A DNA stretch of 64,000 nucleotides from an uncultured Candidatus Saccharibacteria bacterium (GTDB lineage: Bacteria; Patescibacteriota; Minisyncoccia; Phycocordibacterales; Phycocordibacteraceae): the NCBI GenBank assembly GCA_964360855.1, contig CAYHXV010000001.1, positions 20,042 through 84,041 of the forward strand. Direction: 5' to 3'. The notes under the pieces are model-generated. The model was not told where the DNA came from. It made no database searches and saw only the letters and a list, made by a program, of their open reading frames with translations. Positions 46,322 through 55,368 of this stretch are shown one piece after another. The translations under genes and the position numbers were made by a program. Position 1 is the stretch's first letter; the number at the start of each line of letters is the position of its first letter.

Positions 46322-47322
46322 GGTAGTAATGATACCCCACGAGTAATCAGTGTCTGAAGAGCAAGTGGCAGTGGCGTGGAGCCTGCGTCAGCGAGCCCAC
46401 ACTTCCCTGCAGTAGACCACTCCTTCCAGCCGGTGCGCTTGTTGGTCGCAACCGCTTCGGCAATATTGGCACTCGCGGTCTTTGCTGCCGCCACACAGCG
46501 CGCGTAAAGTGCTTCATCCTTCACTCTCGCGGTATAGTTTTTGCCCGTAAAGGCGGAAGGGCAGTTAAGTCCCGCGACAGAATGGTAGGTGAGATTTATT
46601 TGAAATAGACCAAAAGAGAATGCGCGACGTTGAGGATCGTTATGCATGTAGTCACTACCACTAACGCGTTGCACAACACCGCCACTCTCGGCATAGCAAA
46701 TTTGTGCAGCCTGTCTCGCGGTTTCCTCAGAACCAAAAGCTGCAATGAAATTAGTATACGCACACGCTCCACTGGTGGGTATCCGACAACTCCCCGGTCC
46801 TCCTCCTGCCACTCCTGGAGTGCCGCCAGAGGTAGAGAGCTCTGCGGCGGTGATGGCGCCACTGAAGAGCGGTATTGTTTCAAATGAGGTCACACACATG
46901 TCGCCCCCGGTGAGGATACTGTTCCAGGGTCCGAACTCTCCCTTGGTACCATCAGGTCCGCTATAGAGCGCCTTCATAACAAAGTCCACAATAAGCCATG
47001 CGGAGAGCACAATGAGAAGTCCAACAGCAGCATTTATAAGCATCTTGTTTGCTTGGCTTCGAGCCTCGGGGTTTGCAGGTGTGGTGATATAGAGAAACCC
47101 GGCCCACGCAATGATGATAACGGCAAATAAAACACCTATCGATATCCCCCCGTTCACCAGGTTCTGAACGGTTCCTAATACTCCTGCAAATCCGCAGGGG
47201 CACGCTCTGCAGGCTTCGGGTACCAAGCTCCACCCAGAAGAAAGAAAGGGCATATCTGCAGCTGCCACAGAAAGCGGAAGCACACTGAGTGTTAGTAGGG
47301 AGAGAGCCCGCAACCGATTCAT
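46318..47322 (-). CDS. Secreted TrbC/VirB2-like pilin module fused to lytic transglycosylase/lysozyme-like domain (VirB1-like)
   Basis: Signal peptide plus an N-terminal two-helix pilin-like module paralogous to 44819..45769. C-terminal QICYAESGG...FGLFQIN...Y fits SLT/goose-lysozyme-family catalytic motifs (E-S ... GLMQ-like). Confidence 0.6.
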   Translation of the reverse strand: MNRLRALSLLTLSVLPLSVAAADMPFLSSGWSLVPEACRACPCGFAGVLGTVQNLVNGGISIGVLFAVIIIAWAGFLYITTPANPEARSQANKMLINAAVGLLIVLSAWLIVDFVMKALYSGPDGTKGEFGPWNSILTGGDMCVTSFETIPLFSGAITAAELSTSGGTPGVAGGGPGSCRIPTSGACAYTNFIAAFGSEETARQAAQICYAESGGVVQRVSGSDYMHNDPQRRAFSFGLFQINLTYHSVAGLNCPSAFTGKNYTARVKDEALYARCVAAAKTASANIAEAVATNKRTGWKEWSTAGKCGLADAGSTPLPLALQTLITRGVSLLP

Positions 47323-47401
47323 GGCTGTATTGTACCGTGTGCAGGAGCCTCTTCCCCGCTTTTCCCCGCCTCCTTTGTCTGGTATCGTGAAGAAGTTCCA
47401 A

Positions 47402-47475
47402 GGGCCTATAGTTTAATGGTAGAACATTGGTCTCCAAAACCAATAGTGTAGGTTCGATTCCTACTGGGCCCGCCA
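47402..47475 (+). tRNA. tRNA-Trp (anticodon CCA), CCA encoded
   Basis: Acceptor GGGCCTA/TGGGCCC, anticodon stem TTGGT/ACCAA with loop CTCCAAA, T-arm GTAGG-TTCGATT-CCTAC. Confidence 0.8.
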
Positions 47476-47486
47476 CATAAAACTCC

Positions 47487-47975
47487 ATGCTCATACCTGT
47501 AGTAGATGCTAACGATATTCAGATAGGGCTTAAAGAGCGCGAGGATATTACCTCTGGCGATATCTACCGTGTTTCTGCGCTTTGGCTCACGAACTCTAAT
47601 GGGGATGTTCTTCTCACACAGCGCTCATATACAAAGAAGAATAGCCCTGGTGCGTGGAGCGCGGCAGTTGCCGGGACGGTAGAGTGTTCAGAAAGTTACG
47701 AGGAAAATATACTGAAAGAGACTCAGGAGGAATTGGGATTTCTACTTTCTTCCAGCGAGCTTCGGCTTGGCCCCAAAAAGCGCATGCCGCATCTGTTTTG
47801 TCAGTGGTATTTTGCTACAAAGAACATCGCTCTCAATACACTCATTCTCCAGCCAGACGAAGTTATAGATGCGCAGTGGGTAACGCCCCAAGACTTACGA
47901 CGATGGGTCTCCGAACGACCTGAGGAATTTACTGGAAGCATGCCTCTAGTACTTGATGAGTTCCTTGCCCTATAG
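47487..47975 (+). CDS. NUDIX hydrolase
   Basis: Nudix box GTVECSESYEENILKETQEELG. Confidence 0.75.
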   Translation: MLIPVVDANDIQIGLKEREDITSGDIYRVSALWLTNSNGDVLLTQRSYTKKNSPGAWSAAVAGTVECSESYEENILKETQEELGFLLSSSELRLGPKKRMPHLFCQWYFATKNIALNTLILQPDEVIDAQWVTPQDLRRWVSERPEEFTGSMPLVLDEFLAL

Positions 47976-48034
47976 CCCCATTCCAGTTATCCCCACCCCC
48001 TCCAAAACCCCTTGACACCAAAACCCCCTTCCTG

Positions 48035-48122
48035 TAGTCTTCGTAAGTGCTTGTGAGCTTTTGGTTTCGGCCAGACTTTCACAGGCACACTGGAGAAACG
48101 GCTTTCGGGCCGTTTTTCCATT
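48035..48122 (+). ncRNA. Candidate small RNA (~75-85 nt): near-consensus promoter, 10-bp internal stem, intrinsic terminator
   Basis: TTGACA-17nt-TAGTCT promoter. The transcribed segment contains a GTGCTTGTGA/TCACAGGCAC perfect stem with a 22-nt loop, then ACGGC...GCCGT + TTTTT. No coding potential. Confidence 0.4.
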
Positions 48123-48139
48123 TCCCCCTTTCAATAGTT

Positions 48140-48170
48140 AAAAGGAAAACCGCCCTCTCGGGCGGTTTTC
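48140..48170. terminator. Bidirectional terminator hairpin (CCGCCC-tctc-GGGCGG flanked by T-runs)
   Basis: Seen in the sequence immediately downstream of the rpmG stop; T-rich on both strands. Confidence 0.6.
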
Positions 48171-48172
48171 TC

Positions 48173-48325
48173 TTACTTCTTCACTTCCTTATATAGCTCG
48201 TGCTTCCTGGTGTTTGGATCGTAATGCTTGAATTCAAGCTTTCGGGTGACCTTCTTCTTATTCTTCGTGGTCATACGAATATGTCCTGAGGGGGACTTCA
48301 TTTTCTGCAGGCGGTCTTGTGACAT
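48173..48325 (-). CDS. rpmG: 50S ribosomal protein L33
   Basis: C-terminal TTKNKKKVTRKLEFKHYDPNTRKHELYKEVKK matches the L33 consensus. This is a non-zinc form. Start ambiguous. Confidence 0.7.
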   Translation of the reverse strand: MSQDRLQKMKSPSGHIRMTTKNKKKVTRKLEFKHYDPNTRKHELYKEVKK

Positions 48326-48353
48326 AGGTAGGGAGACTATACCAGCCTGGGCA

Positions 48354-51035
48354 CTAGGACGCAACCGCGTGAGGAACCTTCACCCGCACCTTTCGCGCAG
48401 TCTTCTGCACCTCGAATGTTGGTATCCCTGCTTTAAGCACCACCCGCACACTTCCCCCCTCCATAATCCCTTGCCCAACCATGAGGCTCGCTATGGGGGT
48501 CAGAATCTTGTCCTGAATAACGCGCTTCAAGGGACGAGCTCCGTACTGTGGGTTGTATCCCTTTTCTGCCAGCCAGGTCTTCACCTCGGGAGAAAGCTCA
48601 AGGGTGATGCGCTTAGAACTAAGGCGCGCAACCACTTCCTTCACCTGCTTCTCCACAATCTTCTCAAGTGCTTCCTTGCTCAAGACATCAAAGATAACGA
48701 TGTCGTCCAAACGATTCAGGAACTCAGGACGGAACTGCGCTTTGAGTGCTTGCATCACGCGCTCCTTGATTTGTTCCCGCTCGGCCTCCCCTTCGGCACT
48801 CGACGCGGCAAAACCAATACCGCTCAAGCGATCGATAAACTCAGAACCAATGTTACTGGTCAGCACAATGATGGTGTTCTTGAAGTTCACCTTGCGTCCC
48901 TTGCCGTCCGTGAGGTGTCCGGAGTCAAGAACCTGTAAGAGGATGTTGAATACCTCTGGGTGCGCCTTCTCTATTTCGTCAAACAACACCACCGCGTACG
49001 GTCGATGACGAATACGCTCGGTGAGTGTTCCTGCCTCTTCGTATCCCACATAGCCAGGAGGAGCGCCAATCAGCTTTGAAACTGAGTGCTTCTCCATGAA
49101 CTCAGACATATCCACCCGAACCAAAGCCTCGGGATCGTTAAACATAAACTCAGCTAATTTGCGCGAGAGTTCTGTCTTGCCAACACCCGTTGGCCCCATA
49201 AACAGGAAGGAGCCAATGGGGCGGTTTGGGTCACTAATGCCCACACGGGAGCGCTTCACCGCGTCCGTGATGGTTTGCACCGCAGGGTCCTGCCCAATTA
49301 CCGAAGCGCGGAGTTCTTCTTCCATACGCGCGAGCTTTGCTGCTTCTTCCTCAAGCATCTTGAGAACCGGAATACCTGTCCAGCGAGCAACCACTCCGGC
49401 AATCTCCTGCTCCGTTACTTCCTCGTGCAATACCCTGCGTGACTTCTGCAATGTCTTTAGACGCTTGCTCTTTATTTCGAGCTCCTTTTGGAGGGCAGGC
49501 ATTTGTCCATACCTAATCTCTGCGGCGGTACCAAGATCTGCAGTGGCTTCGGCATTGTCTGAGGCAACGCGCATTTTATCCAATTCGCCCTTCAGCGCAC
49601 GAATGCTTTCAATGACCTCCTTTTCATTGCGCCACTTGAGCTCAAGTTCGCTCGTCTTCTCTCGTAAGTCCGCAATCTCTGTATCAATAGCGCTAATACG
49701 CTCTCGAATCTCCTTCCCGCTCTCTCCCTCTTCGTCCTTCTTTAAGGCTTCGCGCTCAATTTCAAGCCGACGAATCCTTCTATCTGTCTCTTCAAGAGCA
49801 GGAGGCTTGTTCTCTAGTGCAATGCGCAACCCTGAAGCGGCTTCATCAATAAGGTCGATTGCTTTATCCGGGAGAAACCTGTCGGTGATATAGCGACTCG
49901 AGAGGTCAACCGCCGCAACAAGCGCGCCGTCCGTAATGCGGACTCCATGGAAGAGTTCATACCGGTCGCGCAGCCCCCGCAGAATTGCCACCGCATCCTC
50001 AATTGAAGGCTCATTTACATACACCGGCTGGAACCTGCGCGTGAGCGCACCATCTTTCTCAATGTGCTGCTGGTATTCCTTCAGGGTAGTGGCTCCAATC
50101 ATACGAATTTCCCCTCGGGAAAGTGCGGGCTTCAGCATGTTGCTCGCGTCCAGTGCGCCATCTGCGCTTCCGGCTCCCACAATGGTATGTAGCTCGTCCA
50201 CAAAGAGAATCACCTTGCCTTCGGAGCGCTCCACCTCCTTCATCACATTCTTCATACGCTCCTCAAATTCCCCACGGTACTTGGTACCTGCAACCATCAT
50301 TCCCAAATCAAGGGAGAGAAGCTCCTTACCCTTTAGAGACTCTGGTACGTCCCCACTCGCAATGCGTGCAGCGAGTCCTTCAGCAACGGTGGTCTTGCCC
50401 GTTCCTGGCTCTCCAATCAGTACGGGATTGTTCTTGGTTCTGCGAGACAATATTTGAATCACCCGATGAATCTCCTGATCGCGGCCAATAACTGGGTCTA
50501 ACACGTTATCCGCCGCAAGTTTGGTCAGGTTGCGGGTGAATTTGGCGAGGGCACGAAACTTCTTTTCTCCAGTTGCCTGCCCATCCTTAGAATTTTTCAG
50601 TTCTTTCAAAACATTCATGACCGTATCCACATCAATTTTGAATTGTTTCAATATCTCATCCGCAGGGCCCGGATGTTCAATACTCGCAACAAACAAGTGC
50701 TCGGTGCCCACGAATGAATCATTCATACGGGCGGCGACTTTAGCTGCTGCTTCAAGAGCAGCTGCAAGCTCAGGGGTCAGATACAAATTATAGGAAGGAG
50801 AAAGGGTACTCGAGCTTTCCGGCATCTCAAGAGACTCAAGTATGGTGTCTGCCAGAAGCAACGTATCAACATTCATATGATCAAGCACGGAGAACACGAG
50901 ACTTTCCTCCTGATATATAAGGGCAGCCAGCAAGTGAAGCGGGCTCACATGATTTTGTCCACGCTCAATAGCAAGCTCGTGCGATTTCTTTATCGCTTCT
51001 TTGGCCTTGGTAGTGAAGTTTTTGAAAGGGGGCAT
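48354..51035 (-). CDS. clpB: ATP-dependent chaperone ClpB
   Basis: 893 aa. Clp N-domain, two AAA+ modules (GEPGTGKT; GPTGVGKT) and a long middle coiled-coil. Confidence 0.9.
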   Translation of the reverse strand: MPPFKNFTTKAKEAIKKSHELAIERGQNHVSPLHLLAALIYQEESLVFSVLDHMNVDTLLLADTILESLEMPESSSTLSPSYNLYLTPELAAALEAAAKVAARMNDSFVGTEHLFVASIEHPGPADEILKQFKIDVDTVMNVLKELKNSKDGQATGEKKFRALAKFTRNLTKLAADNVLDPVIGRDQEIHRVIQILSRRTKNNPVLIGEPGTGKTTVAEGLAARIASGDVPESLKGKELLSLDLGMMVAGTKYRGEFEERMKNVMKEVERSEGKVILFVDELHTIVGAGSADGALDASNMLKPALSRGEIRMIGATTLKEYQQHIEKDGALTRRFQPVYVNEPSIEDAVAILRGLRDRYELFHGVRITDGALVAAVDLSSRYITDRFLPDKAIDLIDEAASGLRIALENKPPALEETDRRIRRLEIEREALKKDEEGESGKEIRERISAIDTEIADLREKTSELELKWRNEKEVIESIRALKGELDKMRVASDNAEATADLGTAAEIRYGQMPALQKELEIKSKRLKTLQKSRRVLHEEVTEQEIAGVVARWTGIPVLKMLEEEAAKLARMEEELRASVIGQDPAVQTITDAVKRSRVGISDPNRPIGSFLFMGPTGVGKTELSRKLAEFMFNDPEALVRVDMSEFMEKHSVSKLIGAPPGYVGYEEAGTLTERIRHRPYAVVLFDEIEKAHPEVFNILLQVLDSGHLTDGKGRKVNFKNTIIVLTSNIGSEFIDRLSGIGFAASSAEGEAEREQIKERVMQALKAQFRPEFLNRLDDIVIFDVLSKEALEKIVEKQVKEVVARLSSKRITLELSPEVKTWLAEKGYNPQYGARPLKRVIQDKILTPIASLMVGQGIMEGGSVRVVLKAGIPTFEVQKTARKVRVKVPHAVAS

Positions 51036-51081
51036 AGAGAAGGTGAGCTACGCTAGTAATGACGCTATCGGCGCCTCCTCC

Positions 51082-51837
51082 TTACTTGGCAGGTGAGGAG
51101 GTTGCGGAAAGGAGGGTGAGGATCTTATCACTAGAGGCGATGAGTCCCGGAACTCCGGTGGCAATACCGATCAAGTCCCCTGAAATGTTTACCACACCAG
51201 CGCCAGCAGGAACACCGGGCAAATCGGCATGCACGCCGTCCGCATCAACCTTGGAAATAATGGCGGTGGTGGCGCTGCCATCACGCGTAATACCAACTGC
51301 GGTCTGTCCTTGTTTAAGTGCTGCACTCTTTACTAAGTCCGGAGAACCAATACTCGGTAGTTTTGCTGAATCAGCAAATCCATAAATGGTGAGAGTTGCG
51401 CCTGCGCGCGAAACAGAAGCGGGTACGCCAACACCTCCAGGGAATACAATGATCGCTTCCTTAGGAAGTCCCACACCCGTTGCCGTTACCACCGCGCGTG
51501 CTTTAGGGATATAGGTTGCCGTTGCAATAGCCGGAGTGGAAGTGCTCTGATTGTATATGTACACGGTGCGTGCGGCATTGGCGCCAATTGCGGCCGCAAG
51601 CAAATCTTCGTCCTTAATAACTACGGTTGTTTGCTTGGTGACAATACCCGGAATCTGGGTAGTCTGCGCAGCACTTTCCACCGTACGCTCGACGATGTGG
51701 TTAATGGTTTGCGTTACCGTTGGAGGAGCCTGATCGAGTAGAGAAACGGTAAGCACCGCGGTAGCAATCGCCGTGACGAAGTTCACCAGGATGGTGAGGA
51801 GGAGGAGTTGTGTTTTGTTTAGGTCTTCAATATCCAT
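51082..51837 (-). CDS. Membrane-anchored hypothetical protein
   Basis: N-terminal TM, then an Ala/Thr/Gly/Val-rich extracytoplasmic region. No catalytic motifs. Confidence 0.5.
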   Translation of the reverse strand: MDIEDLNKTQLLLLTILVNFVTAIATAVLTVSLLDQAPPTVTQTINHIVERTVESAAQTTQIPGIVTKQTTVVIKDEDLLAAAIGANAARTVYIYNQSTSTPAIATATYIPKARAVVTATGVGLPKEAIIVFPGGVGVPASVSRAGATLTIYGFADSAKLPSIGSPDLVKSAALKQGQTAVGITRDGSATTAIISKVDADGVHADLPGVPAGAGVVNISGDLIGIATGVPGLIASSDKILTLLSATSSPAK

Positions 51838-51839
51838 GG

Positions 51840-53006
51840 CTAGAGTATACCAGTGCTGTCCAGAAACTTCACCGCCGCAACCACTGCGTGTGCAGCTCGA
51901 GTAATCTCACTCTCGGAGGTTGTTGGTCCCCAAGAAATTCGGAGCGTGGTGCGGGCGCGTTCCTCGTCTCCCGTCAAACCAAGTACTGCGCGAGACCCCT
52001 CTTCATTTGTCTCACAACTACTACGCGTAGAGACCGCAACCCTCGCCTTGTCGAGTAGAGCGACCAAGTAATCAGTGTCGCGCCCTAGGAGAGAAATATT
52101 TAGAATGTGTGGCGTTTGTTCCTTCCCTTCGTTCACCACAAGTCGAGGTATCGAAGCAACTATAGCAAGAAATGTCGCGCGAAACTCCTGAGCACGAGTG
52201 AGGAATGATTCTCGTGACTCGTGTGCTTCTTGAAGCGCAGCAGCAAAAGCACTTGCGAGTGCTGATGATGGAGTTCCCGAGCGCAGCCCTCGCTCTTGTC
52301 CACCACCCGCATACAGTGGAGCGAGTGGCACCCGACGAGGTGCTATGAGTGCACCAATCCCTCGCACACCACCCACCTTCTGTGCATCAAGGGTGAGCAT
52401 ATCGGCCCCAAGGCGGGTGAGTTCAAAGGGAGCCACAAACGGGAGCTGGCTTGCGTCCACAAACAGGACTACCCCTTCGTGTACTCTATCGAGTACACGC
52501 CGAATGTCTCGCACCGGAGTGATAGCCCCCGTCTCGCCGCAGACCGCAGACACTGCGACGAGTACGGTGTTTGTGCGAATTTGCGTTGCGAGTGCGTTTA
52601 GATCAAGTTCTCCATCTTTGTATATAAGGGCTTCAGTCTGTACACCTTCTGTACGAAGCCTGTCTATGTTCTTTGTGACGGAGCTGTGTGCGCCTTGTGT
52701 GTACAGGACATGCAGGTCTTCATAGGGTCTCCCTAGAGCTTTGATATGCCCAAGAAGCCCAAGAGCGTTTGCTTCGGTTGCAGAGCCCGTGAATATAACC
52801 GCCTCCGTTTTCACTTCAGCACATGTGGCAATAGTGGCTCGAGCTTGCTCTAGTACCTCTCGAGCCTGCCTACCTTCCTCGTGTACAGAGCCAGGATTGC
52901 CATATAGGTGTGCGCACACTTCGAAAGCTCGCTGAGCCTTTGGGGAGACTGGGGCTGCGGCAGCCCAGTCTAGATAGACCCTCGATTTCTGAAGAAATGA
53001 AAACAT
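51840..53006 (-). CDS. Cysteine desulfurase / class V aminotransferase (IscS/NifS-like)
   Basis: PLP-lysine context LDAQKVGGVRGIGAL with N-terminal YLDWAAAAP. Class V fold. Confidence 0.75.
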   Translation of the reverse strand: MFSFLQKSRVYLDWAAAAPVSPKAQRAFEVCAHLYGNPGSVHEEGRQAREVLEQARATIATCAEVKTEAVIFTGSATEANALGLLGHIKALGRPYEDLHVLYTQGAHSSVTKNIDRLRTEGVQTEALIYKDGELDLNALATQIRTNTVLVAVSAVCGETGAITPVRDIRRVLDRVHEGVVLFVDASQLPFVAPFELTRLGADMLTLDAQKVGGVRGIGALIAPRRVPLAPLYAGGGQERGLRSGTPSSALASAFAAALQEAHESRESFLTRAQEFRATFLAIVASIPRLVVNEGKEQTPHILNISLLGRDTDYLVALLDKARVAVSTRSSCETNEEGSRAVLGLTGDEERARTTLRISWGPTTSESEITRAAHAVVAAVKFLDSTGIL

Positions 53007-53057
53007 AGGTAAAGCCTAGGCTACTTTTCTTTTTGAAGCAATCCAATTAATTGAAAA

Positions 53058-53087
53058 CCCCTTAGTTTGTGATATAATCCCGAAATT
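53058..53087 (+). promoter_or_regulatory. Candidate promoter TTGAAA-16-TATAAT ending 9 nt before the infB ATG (leaderless or near-leaderless)
   Basis: ...TTGAAAacccctTAGTTTGTGATATAATcccgaaattATG. No Shine-Dalgarno between the -10 and the start codon. Confidence 0.45.
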
Positions 53088-54569
53088 ATGGCTTCTACTC
53101 CCCGCCCGCCCATTGTTGCTGTTATGGGACATATCGACCACGGAAAGTCGTCTCTTCTCGACTATATCCGCAAGGCAAACGTCACCGAAGGCGAAGCGGG
53201 TGGTATTACCCAGCATGTGTCGGCCTACGAAGCGGAACATGAACACGAAGGTACCGCTCGCAAGATTACTTTCCTCGACACTCCCGGACACGAGGCGTTC
53301 CGCGCACTTCGTGCACGCGGTGCCCAGGCAGCAGACGTGGCAATTTTGGTAGTGGCAGCAGACGATGGGGTGAAGCCCCAGACGCTTGAGGCATACGAGG
53401 CTATTCAGGAAGCGGGTACCCCGTTTGTGGTCGCATTCACCAAGATTGATAAGAACGGTGCTGATGTTGAGAAGGCAAAGTATGCCGTTCTTGAACACGG
53501 CATCTACTTGGAAGGACTGGGCGGTTCTATTTCATACGTTGGCGTATCTTCAGAGACGGGAGAGGGTATTCCCGAGCTTCTTGATTTGGTGCTCCTCACC
53601 GCAGACATGGCGGAACTCACCACCGATCCTTCTCTCCCGGCCTCTGGCTTCGTTTTGGAGTCTTCCCAAGACCCCAAGCAAGGCACCACCGCCACACTCA
53701 TTCTAAAAGACGGTACGCTTAGTCTAGGAAATGTCGTGGTGGCAGGAAGCGCTATGGTGCCCGTGCGTTTCATCGAGAACTTTGCGGGAAAGCGCATTGA
53801 TACTGCTACCGCTTCGCAACCTATTCGTGTTGCCGGCTGGAATGTGTTGCCTCCCTCGGGAACTCCCTTTGTGTCCACTAATTCAAAGAAGGAAGCGGAG
53901 AAGCTTGTGGCGACCCCTGAGCGTCCTTCACTTCGTTTGAGTACTCTGACTGCTGAGGAGAAAGACAAGACGCTGCTCCCCCTCATCATAAAGGCAGACG
54001 CCTCCGGCAGTATTGCCGCTATCAAGCACGAGCTGGATAAGATAACGCACGATCGGGTGATTGTGCGAATCATTTCTGAAGGACTGGGGAGTGTTTCTGA
54101 GAGCGACGTGAAGACGGCGCAAGCAGGGGGGGCCGTCATCATTGCTTTCACGGTGAGCACAGACAACTCGGCACGTGAACTTGCTGAGCGTGCAGGAATT
54201 GCTATCGAAACCTTCTCCATTATTTATGACTTGGCCGAACGCATTTCAGCACTCGTAAAGGAACGTTCCCCGCGCATGATGGAAGAAGAGATTCTTGGGG
54301 CCGCTAAGATTTTGAAGGTATTCAGTGTAGCGGGCGTGAAGCACGTACTCGGTGCTCGCTGGGAGCAAGGTGCTCTCACTGTGGGTGACATGGTGAAGGT
54401 GGACCGTCGGGGTATTCCCCTCGGAAATATGAAGCTCACCAACCTTCAGCAGGTCCGTCAGGACGTGAGGGAAATACACGTGGAGGGTGAGTTTGGGTTG
54501 CAGCTTGAAGGTAAGGTTGAGATTGCTGCGGGAGACACCATTCAAACCTTCACCATGACAGAAAAATAA
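53088..54569 (+). CDS. infB: Translation initiation factor IF-2, short form
   Basis: Starts directly with the G domain ([18 protein letters not shown]...DTPGHEAF...TKID), then domains II-IV. No N-terminal extension. Confidence 0.9.
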   Translation: MASTPRPPIVAVMGHIDHGKSSLLDYIRKANVTEGEAGGITQHVSAYEAEHEHEGTARKITFLDTPGHEAFRALRARGAQAADVAILVVAADDGVKPQTLEAYEAIQEAGTPFVVAFTKIDKNGADVEKAKYAVLEHGIYLEGLGGSISYVGVSSETGEGIPELLDLVLLTADMAELTTDPSLPASGFVLESSQDPKQGTTATLILKDGTLSLGNVVVAGSAMVPVRFIENFAGKRIDTATASQPIRVAGWNVLPPSGTPFVSTNSKKEAEKLVATPERPSLRLSTLTAEEKDKTLLPLIIKADASGSIAAIKHELDKITHDRVIVRIISEGLGSVSESDVKTAQAGGAVIIAFTVSTDNSARELAERAGIAIETFSIIYDLAERISALVKERSPRMMEEEILGAAKILKVFSVAGVKHVLGARWEQGALTVGDMVKVDRRGIPLGNMKLTNLQQVRQDVREIHVEGEFGLQLEGKVEIAAGDTIQTFTMTEK

Positions 54570-54570
54570 T

Positions 54571-54918
54571 ATGAGTATCCGAGACAATCGCATTAGTATT
54601 CAGCTCATGGAGCAGGCGGGTGCATATATTGCACGCGAGGCAGGGAGAAGTACCCTCATCACCCCTACGCGTGTGGCGCTCTCGAAGGATGGAAAAGACG
54701 CCACGATATTTGTGAGCGTGTACCCCACCACCGATACCGATAACGCACTTGCCTTCTTGCTTCGGCACAAGGACCTATTCCGAAATAGTTTGCGCAAGAG
54801 TACGCGTATTGGGCGCATTCCTTATATCCGCTTTGAGTTTGATCAGGGAGAGGCGAATCGCCAGCACATAGACGATATTTCGCGAGAAATCACAGGAGGA
54901 GCTAATCCGGAAGCGTAG
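54571..54918 (+). CDS. rbfA: Ribosome-binding factor A
   Basis: RISIQLMEQAGAYIARE...TRVALSKDGKDATIFVS. Conserved infB-rbfA order. Confidence 0.8.
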   Translation: MSIRDNRISIQLMEQAGAYIAREAGRSTLITPTRVALSKDGKDATIFVSVYPTTDTDNALAFLLRHKDLFRNSLRKSTRIGRIPYIRFEFDQGEANRQHIDDISREITGGANPEA

Positions 54919-55150
54919 CTCCGGTGTGAACGGCCAGTGACTTTATCTGACGCGTGTGTCGCGCGATCGCTACGGCTCCAGCCGCATGTTCTTCAAGGCT
55001 TGCAGAGATAAGTCCGGTTAGTCCATCTATCTTCACTCCTATAGAATCAATTTTGTCGTGGAGCTCGCCGACCTCAAGTGTAAGGTCTGCGAGTGCTTCT
55101 TTGGTGGCAAAGACGCCCTTGAGTTTCGTAATATCCTGATCCGTAATCAT
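54902..55150 (-). CDS. Possible small coiled-coil protein (82 aa)
   Basis: Internal Met of a longer track ORF that would otherwise run through two tRNA genes. No RBS. Weak. Confidence 0.2.
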   Translation of the reverse strand: MITDQDITKLKGVFATKEALADLTLEVGELHDKIDSIGVKIDGLTGLISASLEEHAAGAVAIARHTRQIKSLAVHTGATLPD

Positions 55151-55176
55151 CGGGAATATGATAGCATGCGAATATT

Positions 55177-55248
55177 GGCCCAGTGGTGAAGCAGAAACAC
55201 GACTGATTGCAAACCAGTTATGCGCGGGTGCGATTCCCGCCTGGGCCT
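55177..55248 (+). tRNA. tRNA-Cys (anticodon GCA), non-canonical D and T loops
   Basis: Perfect acceptor GGCCCAG/CTGGGCC with discriminator U. Anticodon loop TTGCAAA. T-arm GCGGG-TGCGATT-CCCGC, with G where U55 is expected. 3-bp D stem and D-loop AGCAGAA without GG. Confidence 0.55.
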
Positions 55249-55276
55249 CAAACAAGTGTGGTATCTTCCTCTTTAG

Positions 55277-55362
55277 GCTGGGGTGATGGAATGGTAGACA
55301 TAGAGGACTTAAACTCCTCAGGCAGCAATGCCGTGCGGGTTCAAGTCCCGCCCCCAGCACCA
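55277..55362 (+). tRNA. tRNA-Leu (anticodon TAA), CCA encoded
   Basis: Acceptor GCTGGGG/CCCCAGC. Anticodon stem GAGGA/TCCTC with loop CTTAAAC. Long variable arm. T-arm GCGGG-TTCAAGT-CCCGC. Confidence 0.8.
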
Positions 55363-55368
55363 ATAGCT

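Noticed and set aside
46961-47494. 177-aa minus-strand ORF overlapping tRNA-Trp
   Set aside because: It runs straight through a well-folded tRNA gene and the end of the pilin-fusion gene. No motifs.
48035-48122. Interpretation of the candidate sRNA as SRP (4.5S) RNA
   Set aside because: It lacks the conserved domain IV motifs (GGAAGGAAGCAGC-type, GNRA tetraloop context). Identity left open.
48228-50793. Plus-strand ORFs up to 265 aa antisense to clpB
   Set aside because: They are Ser/Arg-rich antisense translations of a strongly supported ClpB gene.
54902-55363. 153-aa minus-strand ORF antisense to two tRNAs
   Set aside because: The long form crosses both tRNA genes. Only the 82-aa internal-Met version was listed, at confidence 0.2.
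55207-55368. ORF-track upstream extension of alr (start at 55207)
   Set aside because: It would translate through tRNA-Cys and tRNA-Leu(TAA). The conserved Alr N-terminus begins at MNILDK (55369).
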